64,000 nucleotides of DNA from an uncultured Methanosarcinaceae archaeon (GTDB lineage: Archaea; Halobacteriota; Methanosarcinia; Methanosarcinales; Methanosarcinaceae): the NCBI GenBank assembly GCA_963727895.1, contig CAVSHT010000011.1:1-64000 (forward strand), written 5' to 3'. The position numbers and the translations under genes were made by a program. The notes under the pieces were generated by a model. It was given only the letters and a program-made list of their open reading frames with translations, made no database searches and was not told where the DNA came from. Shown one piece after another: positions 22,649 through 36,910 of the stretch (its first letter is position 1; each line of letters starts with the position of its first letter).

Positions 22649-23164
22649 TTAATTCATATTTGTACAACTTTGATTATTTTGCTCGTTTTTTATTTTTTTT
22701 CTGTGAGCTACAAGCCCGCCATCATTAAGTATCTCAAGCAGAAAATCAGGTAATTTGCTCCCTTTAAATATGTCTCTATCTGAAACTATAACTTCGCCTT
22801 TAGCCAGATCAACTTTAACTTCATCTCCTTCCTGACATTCGATATCAACTTCTATAAGAGGTAGTCCAATATTGATTGCGTTTCTAAAAAAGATTCTGGC
22901 AAAAGACTTTGCTATAATACATGATACTCCTGCGTGTTTCAAAGCAAGAGGAGCCTGTTCTCTTGAAGACCCGCAGCCGAAGTTGGTGCCTGCAACAATA
23001 ATATCTCCAAACCTGAACTTCTTTGTGAATTCCGGATCAATTCCTTCCATTGCATGAGCTGCAAAGATTTGCACATCTTTGCTCCGCAAATACCTACCCG
23101 GAATTATATCATCAGTATTAACATTGTTTCCATATTTCCATATTCTTCCTACTATAAGACTCAT
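22649..23164 (-). CDS. 3-isopropylmalate/homoaconitate dehydratase small subunit (LeuD/HacB family)
   Basis: [40 protein letters not shown]. Confidence 0.9.
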   Translation of the reverse strand: MSLIVGRIWKYGNNVNTDDIIPGRYLRSKDVQIFAAHAMEGIDPEFTKKFRFGDIIVAGTNFGCGSSREQAPLALKHAGVSCIIAKSFARIFFRNAINIGLPLIEVDIECQEGDEVKVDLAKGEVIVSDRDIFKGSKLPDFLLEILNDGGLVAHRKKIKNEQNNQSCTNMN

Positions 23165-23307
23165 AGAAATCACCCTACTTGAAAAATAATTTTTTAATAT
23201 TTAATACACATACTTTAGTAACTGTTCGCTTGTCTGTTTATTATAAGATTGCGAATACAAAGCTAAAAAGACTGAGTTAGTTAATGTATCTCAGCCTGAA
23301 AACACAC

Positions 23308-23334
23308 TTTGATGCCTTTTTGAAAAGCATCAAA
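23308..23334 (-). terminator. Hairpin after the binding-protein gene
   Basis: TTTGATGC...GCATCAAA inverted repeat. Confidence 0.4.
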
Positions 23335-23347
23335 ATTTTCACTAAAA

Positions 23348-24442
23348 TCATGGTGTCTGTGCGTTCAATATTTTTTGAACCTGCTCATCTGTAAGGCTAT
23401 AATTAAAGAAGGTTTTATAGAACCACTTTGTTTCATTATTTATATCAATAGATTTAAACAAGTCTGGATTGATGGTTTTTGCAGCCCATTGAATCTGAAG
23501 TGCTTGTTCGGCTCCAGCTCGACTCCATACGAACGCCCCTTCTGGATTCACAAAGACCTTGTTATTTTGAACTGCCTTAATTTTCTTCCAGCTCTTGCTG
23601 TTCATTATTTGTTCTTTCTCTTTAAATTTGGCGTTTACACTAAGAATTATTATATCAGGATTCCACTTCAATATTTGTTCCATTGAAACTTCCTGCGTAA
23701 TACCGCCTTTTACTTCTTCAGCTGCATTGACACCTCCTGCAGCTTCAATCCAGGCACTTACAGCAGTTCCACCGCCATCAACACATAAAGGCGACAGTGA
23801 AACGAGATGAAGAACCTTTGGTCTTTTATCATAAGGTATTTTGGATGAAACATTTGTTATTGATTTTAATTTGCTGTCCAGATACGCATTATATTCCTGT
23901 GCACGTTCTAAAGCCTCTTTGTCTCCCAATACATTTGCAGTCTCTAGAATACATTTTTTCATAAAATCAAAATTTGTAAAACTTACCTCTACAACAGGAA
24001 CTCCAAGACTGGATACTTTCTCAATATTCTTATCGAATTTTGGCATGAAAACAACATCTGGCTTGGTAGCAAGCAAAGCCTCCACATCATATGTTGGGCT
24101 TAATGTTGTAGCATTATAATAGGCCGGACAAACTTTATACATCCATGGTCTTTTTTGGGGACTGAACATTGTTGCAACAATCCGGTTATCAGCTCCAAGC
24201 ATCGCTAGCATTTCATTATGCCCCATCCAGGTATCTGCAACCCTTTCTACCTTTAAAGGAACTTTAACTTGTTTGCCTGCCGAATCAGTAACAGTTCTAG
24301 TTTCCTCACTGTTATTGTTTGAGGTTGATAAGTTTGTAGTGTTATTATGCGTTGCCGTTGTTTTTTCCCCTACACAACCAGAGAAAAATAATACTGACAG
24401 GATAGCGATAAATAAAATAGCTATTATTTTATTGTTCATCAA
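23348..24442 (-). CDS. ABC substrate-binding lipoprotein, Fe-chelate/cobalamin class (second paralog)
   Basis: Lipobox FSGC, VTDSAGKQVKVP, EQILKWNPDIII, AVQNNKVF, QWAAKTINPD, FYKTFFNY. Confidence 0.88.
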   Translation of the reverse strand: MMNNKIIAILFIAILSVLFFSGCVGEKTTATHNNTTNLSTSNNNSEETRTVTDSAGKQVKVPLKVERVADTWMGHNEMLAMLGADNRIVATMFSPQKRPWMYKVCPAYYNATTLSPTYDVEALLATKPDVVFMPKFDKNIEKVSSLGVPVVEVSFTNFDFMKKCILETANVLGDKEALERAQEYNAYLDSKLKSITNVSSKIPYDKRPKVLHLVSLSPLCVDGGGTAVSAWIEAAGGVNAAEEVKGGITQEVSMEQILKWNPDIIILSVNAKFKEKEQIMNSKSWKKIKAVQNNKVFVNPEGAFVWSRAGAEQALQIQWAAKTINPDLFKSIDINNETKWFYKTFFNYSLTDEQVQKILNAQTP

Positions 24443-24642
24443 AGTACCTCTTTCATGATATCGAATTCAGCATTACTTTTCAAACCAAATTTCATGGCAA
24501 AAGTACACTTTTAACCATAGCATCCGCTGTCATTAGTATCCACCGTCATCAAAAAATACTTTCAATAATTATGGCAGCTTATTTTCCGATTAAAATCTGG
24601 AACAGCTATCGATTTGAAATAATGCTGAGCATATACTAATTT

Positions 24643-25149
24643 TTACTTGCTTTTTTGCTCCCTCAAAGTTTGCAAATATTTTAGTCCTCTTTCAATAGTG
24701 TAACAATATTCAATGCAATCGATTCCTAACTCCTTGAGTTTTTTCTGTGCCTCCAATCCAATTTTCATTGAAAGCACAAAATCACAATCTGAGATAGTTT
24801 CTATTGCATTTATTTTTCCATGACATTCGTCATTGGAATCGTCGCATTTGTCGCAGTATTTTTTTGTCGAACGTGTTTCAAGAAACTTATAATCCTGACC
24901 TATTACCTCAAAAATCATAAAATCCGTTGTTTGCCCAAAATGCTGGTCAACGAGTTTCCCTCTTTTTGAAGTAACTGCCACTTTGAATATCTCAGAGTCA
25001 TAACTTTCATTATTGCTCTTTATATCCTGTCCAAGAATATAGTCTAAAATTCTCCCCAGATGTGTTTCATTCAATAAGTCTATGGAGTTTGCTTGCAGTG
25101 CTGCAGATATTTGTATATTGTTTTTTGAGAGTGTGCATTCGCAGTCCAT
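24643..25149 (-). CDS. NifX/NifB-C-terminal (cofactor-carrier) domain protein
   Basis: KVAVTS..VDQHFG..F.IFEV..DCDFVL..KIG; directly follows vnfN. Confidence 0.8.
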   Translation of the reverse strand: MDCECTLSKNNIQISAALQANSIDLLNETHLGRILDYILGQDIKSNNESYDSEIFKVAVTSKRGKLVDQHFGQTTDFMIFEVIGQDYKFLETRSTKKYCDKCDDSNDECHGKINAIETISDCDFVLSMKIGLEAQKKLKELGIDCIEYCYTIERGLKYLQTLREQKSK

Positions 25150-25173
25150 ATCATCATCACAGTTTATAGTAAA

Positions 25174-26514
25174 TTACAGATATTCTTCCCAGTTGATCTG
25201 TTTTGAACGCAGAGCCATTTCCCAGTCATTTGCAACGTTTTCCAAAAAATTCAGCATACCTTCGTATCCGAAATATGCCCTGTTCAAGTAGTTTTGTCTA
25301 TTTGTCGGGCTAAAAACGTCAAATGCAAACTTTATCCCAAGTTCTTCAGCCAGATAATACTCCCATGAAGAACCGAATACAGCATCTACATTGCTGTCCA
25401 TCAATGACTTTTTTATCTGATACCCATCAGCTGAAAAAACAACCTTTGGAGAGATTCCCATATCGTTAAGCTCATTTTCCAGCAATAACTGAGAGTCAGA
25501 CACAGGCGACCTGAAAAGCAAAAGTTCCGGAATCATTTCCAGCTCTTCAAATAACATTCTTGTCAGGCCGATTCCAATGGTTGCATCCGCAGAAACCGCT
25601 ACTCTGCAGTTACGGTACCTGGGAATCATCATCAATCCCCTGCGTCTCAGCACGTCAATGGCCATAGTTTCTCCGTCTGTTATTATCGCCTCGACTTTTT
25701 CTTCTACGTCAAAATATTTTCCTACTTCACGAAGCCATCTTGCAGTATTTTTAAGTCCTATGGGAAGTGGAATTTCCGACATTATAAGAGGTATGTCATG
25801 TATTTTCTGCATTTTTAATCCAAACTTATACCCCACATCATGACTGAGAAGGATATTTGCCGATGCTAGCCCAGCATTGTTCAATTCTTCCAGAGACGTA
25901 TCGTGAGGAAGCACAGCCTGAACTCGAATACCTACTTTTTCTAGAGTTTCATGTATCCATTTCAAATCAGCCCACCAGGTAGGATTCAGGTTTGCCTGGG
26001 GAGCTATTAAGTTCACAGTTTTTGAAATTTTTTCATTCTGTTTTTTTATAAATGGTAATAGTGCATCCAGTCCTAACTCAATGCCATCATAAAGATTTCC
26101 TCGAAATCCTCCTGCCATCAAGGGAATAAGTTTCGCATTAATCTGTGGCTGGATATTTCGACATAAACCCTCAATATCCTCACCAATTATATCGGCTGCA
26201 CATGTACCAACTACAAATATAGCCCTGGTTTTAAATTTGGAATCGGCTTCTTCAATTAATTTTTTTAGCTTTCCTGAAGCACCCATAACCACATCTGTTT
26301 CAAAAAGCCTGGTGCATGCAACTTTTCTGTTCGTAAAATCGATTTCATGGACATCATAAGCTGCAGCAACTGTTGAAGAACAACCCTGTGGAGAATGTAT
26401 AACAATACTAATGTCCTTAATACCAGCCAGCACTCCGGTGGCACCTTCAAGAGCACATCCGACCATTGGATCCCTGCTATTGTTGCAGTTCTCGAATTTT
26501 AACTCATCATACAT
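25174..26514 (-). CDS. vnfN: V-nitrogenase cofactor scaffold subunit VnfN
   Basis: Nitrogenase component-1 fold (GCALEG, HSPQGC, GTC), YFGYEG; position after vnfE. Confidence 0.8.
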   Translation of the reverse strand: MYDELKFENCNNSRDPMVGCALEGATGVLAGIKDISIVIHSPQGCSSTVAAAYDVHEIDFTNRKVACTRLFETDVVMGASGKLKKLIEEADSKFKTRAIFVVGTCAADIIGEDIEGLCRNIQPQINAKLIPLMAGGFRGNLYDGIELGLDALLPFIKKQNEKISKTVNLIAPQANLNPTWWADLKWIHETLEKVGIRVQAVLPHDTSLEELNNAGLASANILLSHDVGYKFGLKMQKIHDIPLIMSEIPLPIGLKNTARWLREVGKYFDVEEKVEAIITDGETMAIDVLRRRGLMMIPRYRNCRVAVSADATIGIGLTRMLFEELEMIPELLLFRSPVSDSQLLLENELNDMGISPKVVFSADGYQIKKSLMDSNVDAVFGSSWEYYLAEELGIKFAFDVFSPTNRQNYLNRAYFGYEGMLNFLENVANDWEMALRSKQINWEEYL

Positions 26515-28031
26515 TTTCCTCTTCCCCTTCCTGCAGCGTAGATTGTGCAATCCGGCAAATCTTGAGCCAGTTTCGGTGTAAGAGACCGGGCAGAACATAG
26601 ACCTGAGTCTTCAGGAAATACTATCTTTTTCATTACCCAGCTACGTGGTCTGAAAGAATACTCAAGAGCTGTGCAGATACATTTAGCTACCTTTAGGGCT
26701 CCCCTATAGCCAAATCTTGGACGGTTCAATATAGCGTTTAAATCAACTACAGGGATATTTGGGAAGCTCATCGATGATCCAAAATATACGGTTCTTTCTG
26801 GATTTATACCTCCAAGATATTCCATCAGCTCATTTTCAGTCTGAACCATTGACTCGTATTTTCCAAAGGCGAGTGTACCTTTCGTAATCAAGATTTCTGG
26901 ATCAAGACCGGTCTCCAAGAGATAATCAATACTTGTTTCTCTTGCCTGCGTACTCCATGGATGGAAATTGTATATAACCGTCCGCATATCAAAATCGCGT
27001 TCGAGCATATGAGCAATTGACAATGCCTTTATAGCATCATGCCCTTCAACAATTGCCATCTTGCCTGCAAGGTATCTTTTTGCTTCTTCAAATTCAAGGC
27101 GTATGGCTTCATATTCTCGTTTAATCAGTTCTTCCGCCTCAGTTTCCATATGTAGATACTTTGCTGCCTCTCTTAACCACCTTTCAGTTGCACTTATACC
27201 ATACGGAAGAATTGTGGAGTTCAAAGGAGTATCAAACTGATCAAGCATTTCTCTTCCTATCGCATACCCAAGATCAAGACAAAGGGTACAATTTACTGCC
27301 ACACTTGGAGCTTGTTTTATTTCGGCTAGGGAACAATTACCTGCTATTACAGCATTTACACTTGCACCCATGCCTTCTATTAACCGTTTCAACTCTTTAA
27401 CATCGGTTTCAATCTCAGTCCTTTCTGGACCCATTTTGCCCCCTACGATGTTGACAGAGTGTGAAAGTTTTGCTCTACTTTCTGGGTCAGGCTTATCCAT
27501 AAGCTGAACAATTTGTCTGAAAACCAGGTCAAATCCGCTTCTGTATTCTCCTGCAAAGCCTTCACAGTGAATAGCCATTATTTCTGCGTTAATTTTGGGC
27601 TTTATTTTATTCACTACGGCATCTACATAATCTCCAATTATTCCGGTGGCACAGCTTGTTGCGACGAAAATAACATCAGGCTTATACTTGCTGTCTACTT
27701 CAACTATAGCACTTTTCAGTTCTTTTTCGCCACCGTATACAATGGCTTTTTCGTCAATATTTGTAGTAATAATGGACTCATAAGGAGAACCACTATTTCT
27801 GCAATTTGTCAGCTTGTAAGCCTGTTTAACTCCAAATGCGCAGCCACTGGGACCATGAGCAATAACAATACTGTTTTTAATACCGCTTAAAATCTTCATT
27901 GCTGTCCAGAATTTACATGGACGGGTATGGCTGCCCTGAAGTTTCGTTTCAATTTTTCCTTCTTTGGCTAATTGATAAAGTTCGCTTAAATGCCCATAAA
28001 ATACTACACTCTCATTAGCAATGCCGGCCAT
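26499..28031 (-). CDS. vnfE: V-nitrogenase cofactor scaffold subunit VnfE
   Basis: RPCKF, HGPSGC, TSCATGIIGD, HCEGF, FGYRGA; downstream of vnfDGK. Confidence 0.8.
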   Translation of the reverse strand: MAGIANESVVFYGHLSELYQLAKEGKIETKLQGSHTRPCKFWTAMKILSGIKNSIVIAHGPSGCAFGVKQAYKLTNCRNSGSPYESIITTNIDEKAIVYGGEKELKSAIVEVDSKYKPDVIFVATSCATGIIGDYVDAVVNKIKPKINAEIMAIHCEGFAGEYRSGFDLVFRQIVQLMDKPDPESRAKLSHSVNIVGGKMGPERTEIETDVKELKRLIEGMGASVNAVIAGNCSLAEIKQAPSVAVNCTLCLDLGYAIGREMLDQFDTPLNSTILPYGISATERWLREAAKYLHMETEAEELIKREYEAIRLEFEEAKRYLAGKMAIVEGHDAIKALSIAHMLERDFDMRTVIYNFHPWSTQARETSIDYLLETGLDPEILITKGTLAFGKYESMVQTENELMEYLGGINPERTVYFGSSMSFPNIPVVDLNAILNRPRFGYRGALKVAKCICTALEYSFRPRSWVMKKIVFPEDSGLCSARSLTPKLAQDLPDCTIYAAGRGRGKCMMS

Positions 28032-28107
28032 ATTCCCCTCTATTTTCTATTCATGAATTTTTCAACCAAAAAAAATAAAAAATTTGTTGATAGCATTAGC
28101 TACAATT

Positions 28108-28791
28108 TTATGCCATCAAACAGGATATCCAGGCAACTACTGCTCCGAAAGCTGCTATAGAGGATAGTGTGGTTATATTCAGATTGCTCCTTTCACTTAA
28201 TTTTCCATCAGTTCCATTTCCATAATACTCGGAAAGGATAGTGACCAGGAGGCTTCCTACAACATAAAGGATAACGCCAGCACTAAGAGCCATAAGTGGT
28301 TTTGTGATGCTTTCAGGGATGGGCATAATCGCACCTACTGGAATTAACAGTGCGATCAAAGCTGCAACTGCAAATCTGGTTTTATCTTCTAACTCATCTA
28401 GCAATGAAAAAGAAACCATTCCTTCTGGCAGTTTGTGCAGAACTGCTCCAACTGCTAAAATCGGAGAAAGCGGTCCAAACTCAGTGGTTATGATTACACC
28501 TTCTGCAACGTTGTGAATCGCTAATCCTAAAACGGCTGAATACTTTCCAACACTTTTAGTATAGAATCCTACAGCAAACATTACAACGAACCCGATTGCG
28601 ACCAACCAGTATCCTACTGCAAAATCCTCAGTGGCATCCGGAATAATGTCCAGAAGAACCACTGTAATGGCAAAGCCAAGTCCAAGACAGGTCAATAACG
28701 TTCTTTTCGCAGAATCTTCTGTTTTATAATAAATCAAAGCTCCCAACAATTCCGCTATGACAAATGCTGCAACTACTAGATAATTATGCAT
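28108..28791 (-). CDS. ZIP-family divalent metal transporter
   Basis: Multi-TM protein with paired metal-site motifs HNVAEG and HKLPEG. Confidence 0.8.
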   Translation of the reverse strand: MHNYLVVAAFVIAELLGALIYYKTEDSAKRTLLTCLGLGFAITVVLLDIIPDATEDFAVGYWLVAIGFVVMFAVGFYTKSVGKYSAVLGLAIHNVAEGVIITTEFGPLSPILAVGAVLHKLPEGMVSFSLLDELEDKTRFAVAALIALLIPVGAIMPIPESITKPLMALSAGVILYVVGSLLVTILSEYYGNGTDGKLSERSNLNITTLSSIAAFGAVVAWISCLMA

Positions 28792-28805
28792 GTTTTTGTC
28801 TCCCC

Positions 28806-30206
<1,401 letters not shown>

Positions 30207-30210
30207 TTAG

Positions 30211-32006
<1,796 letters not shown>

Positions 32007-32378
32007 TTATTTTAAAGCTAGTTCCCCTTTTTCTCCAGTCCTGACCCTAACAACGTTGTCAAGAGACTCCACAAAAATTTTTCCATCACCAATCTGGGCA
32101 GTCTGATTGACTTCAATGATGGTTTTAATTACCTGATCCATATCTTCATCATTCACAACTACGCTCAGAAGTCTTTTTGGTATGTATTTCATACCTGTAC
32201 TGTACCTTTTTGCGAGCAACCTTGGTTGTATGTAAAAATTGAGCTCTCCTGAAATTCCTCTTTGCTTACCCTTACCTAATACCGGAATTGCCGTCATAGA
32301 GGGAAAGCCAATTTTATCCAGTGCGTCTTTTGTAGCCGACATCTTGTTGGGTCTGATAATCGTGGTAATTTCTTTCAT
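32007..32378 (-). CDS. nifI2: PII-family nitrogenase regulator NifI2-type
   Basis: IIRP, GKGKQ, PKR, GDGKIFV, RVRTGE. Confidence 0.92.
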   Translation of the reverse strand: MKEITTIIRPNKMSATKDALDKIGFPSMTAIPVLGKGKQRGISGELNFYIQPRLLAKRYSTGMKYIPKRLLSVVVNDEDMDQVIKTIIEVNQTAQIGDGKIFVESLDNVVRVRTGEKGELALK

Positions 32379-32424
32379 ATGAAAACATCCCGGTTTTCAA
32401 AATTTTTAGCTTCCAGATTATTGC

Positions 32425-32742
32425 TCATAATCCTCTTTCACCCGAGCTAATTGTGTATGCATCGTCGATAGTATTCACAAATATTTTTCCGTCTCCCATA
32501 TTACCGGTGTATGCTTTTCCGGAAATTATTTTTATTATCTCGTCAACAGATTCGTCTTCTACAGCCATCATGATCATTGTTTTTGCGAGTTCATCGTAAT
32601 GCACATCACCAACAGTGATCCCTTTTTGTTTCCCTCTTCCAAAAACGTTTATTTTTGTGAGGGAATAGTATCCAGCTTCTGCTAGTCCATCGGTTACTTC
32701 TTCGGTCCATTCAGGACGTAGTATTGCACGGATCATTTTCAT
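32425..32742 (-). CDS. nifI1: PII-family nitrogenase regulator NifI1-type
   Basis: MKMIRAILRPE, VFGRGKQKGI, GDGKIFV, AYTISSG. Confidence 0.93.
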   Translation of the reverse strand: MKMIRAILRPEWTEEVTDGLAEAGYYSLTKINVFGRGKQKGITVGDVHYDELAKTMIMMAVEDESVDEIIKIISGKAYTGNMGDGKIFVNTIDDAYTISSGERGL

Positions 32743-32760
32743 TTCTCATCTCTCCTTTAA

Positions 32761-33639
<879 letters not shown>

Positions 33640-33748
33640 TTACTTGAACTTCACATTTTTTAAGACAAATGAAATTTCTAAACAAAACTACAATTTTTCT
33701 CATTTATTGTCTACTCTAGTTTGTGTATTCCACATTATTTTTTTCTGT

Positions 33749-33770
33749 GATATGCTAGTCCAAACATAAC
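33749..33770. promoter_or_regulatory. ModE-like operator box in the vnfH leader
   Basis: GATATG-N10-CATAAC, downstream of the predicted vnfH TATA box. Confidence 0.6.
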
Positions 33771-33785
33771 ACTTATTTAGGTAAG

Positions 33786-33832
33786 CGGAATACAGACACC
33801 TATTTCCGTCTTAATAGTATATAATTATTTCG
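33786..33832 (-). promoter_or_regulatory. Predicted vnfH promoter (BRE/TATA) with an adjacent CGGAA...TTCCG inverted repeat
   Basis: Minus strand reads CGAAA-TAATTATATA, then CGGAA-N13-TTCCG over the expected start site. Confidence 0.5.
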
Positions 33833-33972
33833 CAGATTATGTTTGAATACCAAAAAATTAAAAGAGAAAAACTCTATAAAAATTAAATATAGGTATTGTA
33901 CAAAAAACAACTTATATTGCCTTTTTTTTAATATAAAGGAACAATTACTCCTAAACTTAATATTAATTTATT

Positions 33973-34207
33973 GTTATGTAATTATAAGCACAACATTTTC
34001 CTTGTATGAATGATTTATGGGCCTATAAAGTGAGTTTCACCAATAGAATTTGTCAAACCGTTATGCTTAAATAACCATAACATAAAAACTAAAACATAAA
34101 CATTTGACATCTTTAAGGTAAAAAATAAGAAAACCTTAAACTTCATATCTTGTGATATACCAGTTTTAATTAAATCCATAATATCATTATGTTAAAGTAA
34201 ACATAAC
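33973..34207. promoter_or_regulatory. Three further ModE-like boxes (33973-33994, 34060-34081, 34186-34207)
   Basis: GTTATG-N10-CACAAC; GTTATG-N10-CATAAC; ATTATG-N10-CATAAC. Confidence 0.6.
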
Positions 34208-34433
34208 AAATATTTCCTCTAAAACATGATTTAGATAGTGGTTTTCTTCCAAAATTGTCAAAATTACATATTTATATAAAAATAAATACAGTATTCTCTG
34301 AATGGCATATTAGTTCAAAAATGCCTAATTCGGAAAACTTCAAATTATACATGAAGCTGGAAGGCAAAAAATTCTCTGCCATGTACTTTAGGGCAATTCT
34401 GGCTTTATTGTGATATTGTTTGAGGGAGGTCAA

Positions 34434-36338
34434 ATGCAATGCAATATATGCGAAGTCGGATGTGAAATCAATAGATATGAAAGGGGCAGGTGTGGAACTT
34501 ATGTATGCACTGATGATAATACTATAATCCAGGACCCTGATATAGGATACCTTAGAGCAGATCCGATTTCAATAGAAGAAGTTCCTTTACTCCATTTTTA
34601 TCCTTCAGGAAAGTTCCTGCAAGTGTTCAGTACAGGATGTAACTTACAGTGCCCTGGTTGTGTGTCACGGATGCAAGCGTCAAGTAGACATTCGACTCAT
34701 CAAGCTTCACTTAGTCCATCTGATGTAGTAAAAAAAGCCTTACAGCAAGAGTGTCTGGGTATAGTTTCAACACTGAATGATCCTGTTGCTAATTATCACC
34801 TTTTTAGGGAGCTTGCAGTACAGGCACAAGAAAATAATTTGCTCGTAGGTTGTTCAACCAACTGCTATTTCACAAGTAAAATTTTAGAAGAATTTGGGCA
34901 GCTTGTAGACTTCGTGAACGTGGGAATTAAAGGTTATTCTGACAGGAGCTATAGAAATTGTGGAGCTCTTTCATCAGCCCCTGTTTTTCGAAATATTTCC
35001 AGACTTTATGATATCGGAGTGCATATTGAAGCTTCAGTTGTTTATTCTAAAGGGAATGAAAATGATGTAATAAATGTCGCAGAGGCAGTGTCCAATATTT
35101 CTTCTAGTATCCCATTGCACGTCATGAGATTCATTCCCTTAGGCTACGCTCCGATAGAACTAGAACCATCAATCGGAGAAGCAGAACAAATGTGTCCTTC
35201 TCTACACAAATATTTAGACTTTGTCTATCTCTTTAATTCGCCAGGTACTGACTTCCTGAATACCTACTGTCCTGAATGCGGCAGTCTCCTAATAGAACGG
35301 GAATTTAACAGACCTATTGGATCTCAGCTTGTAAAACCCTGGATGAATCATAAATGTAGTTGCGGTTACACCCTTCCAGTTAAGGAAAAAACCAACATTG
35401 AGAGTTTCATAAAAGCAGATTTCATAGACGATTACACTACAGGTCAAGCTTTCAGTATGGTTCATGCAGTGCTTACGTGTCTGGGAGTACTGGATGACTA
35501 CAAGTTGATGGATATATGGGGCGAAGATATACTAATGGATGTCTGGAATCAGGTCTCAGACCCCGAAACACTTACTCAAATTGATAATATGATAAGGCAG
35601 CCCTATTCTTATTTGGAGTTTATCAAATTTATTGCTGAAAAAGCGAATATGCCAGAAAAAGGGGAAGAACTTGTTTCTTTTATTCATGAGCGTTTGAAAA
35701 TTGTCCAGAATCTATCAGCAGGAAGAAGTAGTTATAATGTTTATTATTGCATGGGATCTCCTCTTTTTGCCCTGAATGCTGGAAGAATGGAAAATAACCT
35801 TGTTACATTTTCTGGAGGAGTGAGCATAAATAAGCAGCTTCAAAAGGAGGGGAAACTGGGTATAAATATTTCTCCTTCCTATATCAATGAGCACAATCCT
35901 GGGGTAATTTTTGTCTCAGGATTCCTTTCTCGTCCTCTCAATGAGTTTTATAGTTTATGCAAGGAATATGATATACATGCAGATGCTGTGACACAGCGAC
36001 GAATCTATGAAGTTTCACCTTCATGGGATTTCGGAAGCCCTCGCTGGATATTAGGACTAATGTACATAGCAGACAAGTTGCATCCAGGAAAACTTGGAGT
36101 TGACTTAATACAGGAAGCGGAAAATTTCTATTTGCAGTTTTATGGCATGCGATTTAAGGAAGCAAGGCCTAACAGGTCTTTACATAGGCCTTCATCTGGA
36201 ATTTGGTCACACACCCAGACACTCTATCACCCCTTCGAAATGGAGATGCCAAGGAATAATTATACTAAAAATATTAACAATGATATACTTCAACCTTTTA
36301 GCATCTTGCCAAATTATAATGTCAAGTTAAAAGGATGA
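34434..36338 (+). CDS. Radical SAM protein (PflA/AmmeMemoRadiSam-like) fused to a partial Fe-chelate binding-protein domain
   Basis: N-terminal CNICEVGC..C, CxxxCxxC (CNLQCPGC), TYCPECG; C-terminal VYY..NPGVIFV..AVTQRRIY..ILGLMYIADKLHP..FYLQFYG resembling the neighbouring binding proteins; GGAGG RBS. Confidence 0.8.
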   Translation: MQCNICEVGCEINRYERGRCGTYVCTDDNTIIQDPDIGYLRADPISIEEVPLLHFYPSGKFLQVFSTGCNLQCPGCVSRMQASSRHSTHQASLSPSDVVKKALQQECLGIVSTLNDPVANYHLFRELAVQAQENNLLVGCSTNCYFTSKILEEFGQLVDFVNVGIKGYSDRSYRNCGALSSAPVFRNISRLYDIGVHIEASVVYSKGNENDVINVAEAVSNISSSIPLHVMRFIPLGYAPIELEPSIGEAEQMCPSLHKYLDFVYLFNSPGTDFLNTYCPECGSLLIEREFNRPIGSQLVKPWMNHKCSCGYTLPVKEKTNIESFIKADFIDDYTTGQAFSMVHAVLTCLGVLDDYKLMDIWGEDILMDVWNQVSDPETLTQIDNMIRQPYSYLEFIKFIAEKANMPEKGEELVSFIHERLKIVQNLSAGRSSYNVYYCMGSPLFALNAGRMENNLVTFSGGVSINKQLQKEGKLGINISPSYINEHNPGVIFVSGFLSRPLNEFYSLCKEYDIHADAVTQRRIYEVSPSWDFGSPRWILGLMYIADKLHPGKLGVDLIQEAENFYLQFYGMRFKEARPNRSLHRPSSGIWSHTQTLYHPFEMEMPRNNYTKNINNDILQPFSILPNYNVKLKG

Positions 36339-36505
36339 TTGGAAAAGTAAAGAGCTGCAAGAATCCCATATATCTGGCTGATTATAGCAAAAAAATAATT
36401 AATAAATCAATAATAATAAAACAGTAAATAGTTTAAATTGAGTACAAGCCATCCGCAGCTTTACATATTTTTGTAATAAAATATTTTTTTAATTAAAATA
36501 TTTTT

Positions 36506-36637
36506 GACATTGTTAATTAAATATATCTAGTTCTTTATTTCTGTATTTCATCAATAAAAGAACCGAGTACTTTAGCATTTCAGTACTTTAGCATTTCTAG
36601 ATTCTTTGTGTAACACTTTGTTTTTCTTTTCAATCTT
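36506..36637 (-). mobile_element. IS1-family remnant (3' end only)
   Basis: Closely matches the downstream terminus of the IS copies at 41030 and 45903 (..ATATATCTAGTTCTTTATTTCTGTATTTCATCAAT..GAGTACTTTAGCATTTC). Confidence 0.8.
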
Positions 36638-36910
36638 TACGTAGGTTGTAACTCCAAAGTAATAGCTTTCATTTTTTGTATCCAGAGAAACTTTCCTGTA
36701 CCTCAAAACTTTCATTTTTTAATACGGTGACGTGTAAAAATATAAAGTTTAAAATGTATTGATGTGAGATGTACAGAGAGCAAAAAGACACCCAATATAA
36801 AGGAGATAGAAATAAAACAATAAAAAGATCCAGAAAGATAAAAATAGGCAATTAAAGAAAAAATTGCCGAATAAAAATGAAATAAATTAAAAGAAGAGGT
36901 AGGCAGAAGC

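Noticed and set aside
33786..33808. Canonical NrpR operator at the vnfH promoter
   Set aside because: The GGAA/TTCC half-sites are 13 nt apart rather than the canonical 6; kept only as an unassigned inverted repeat
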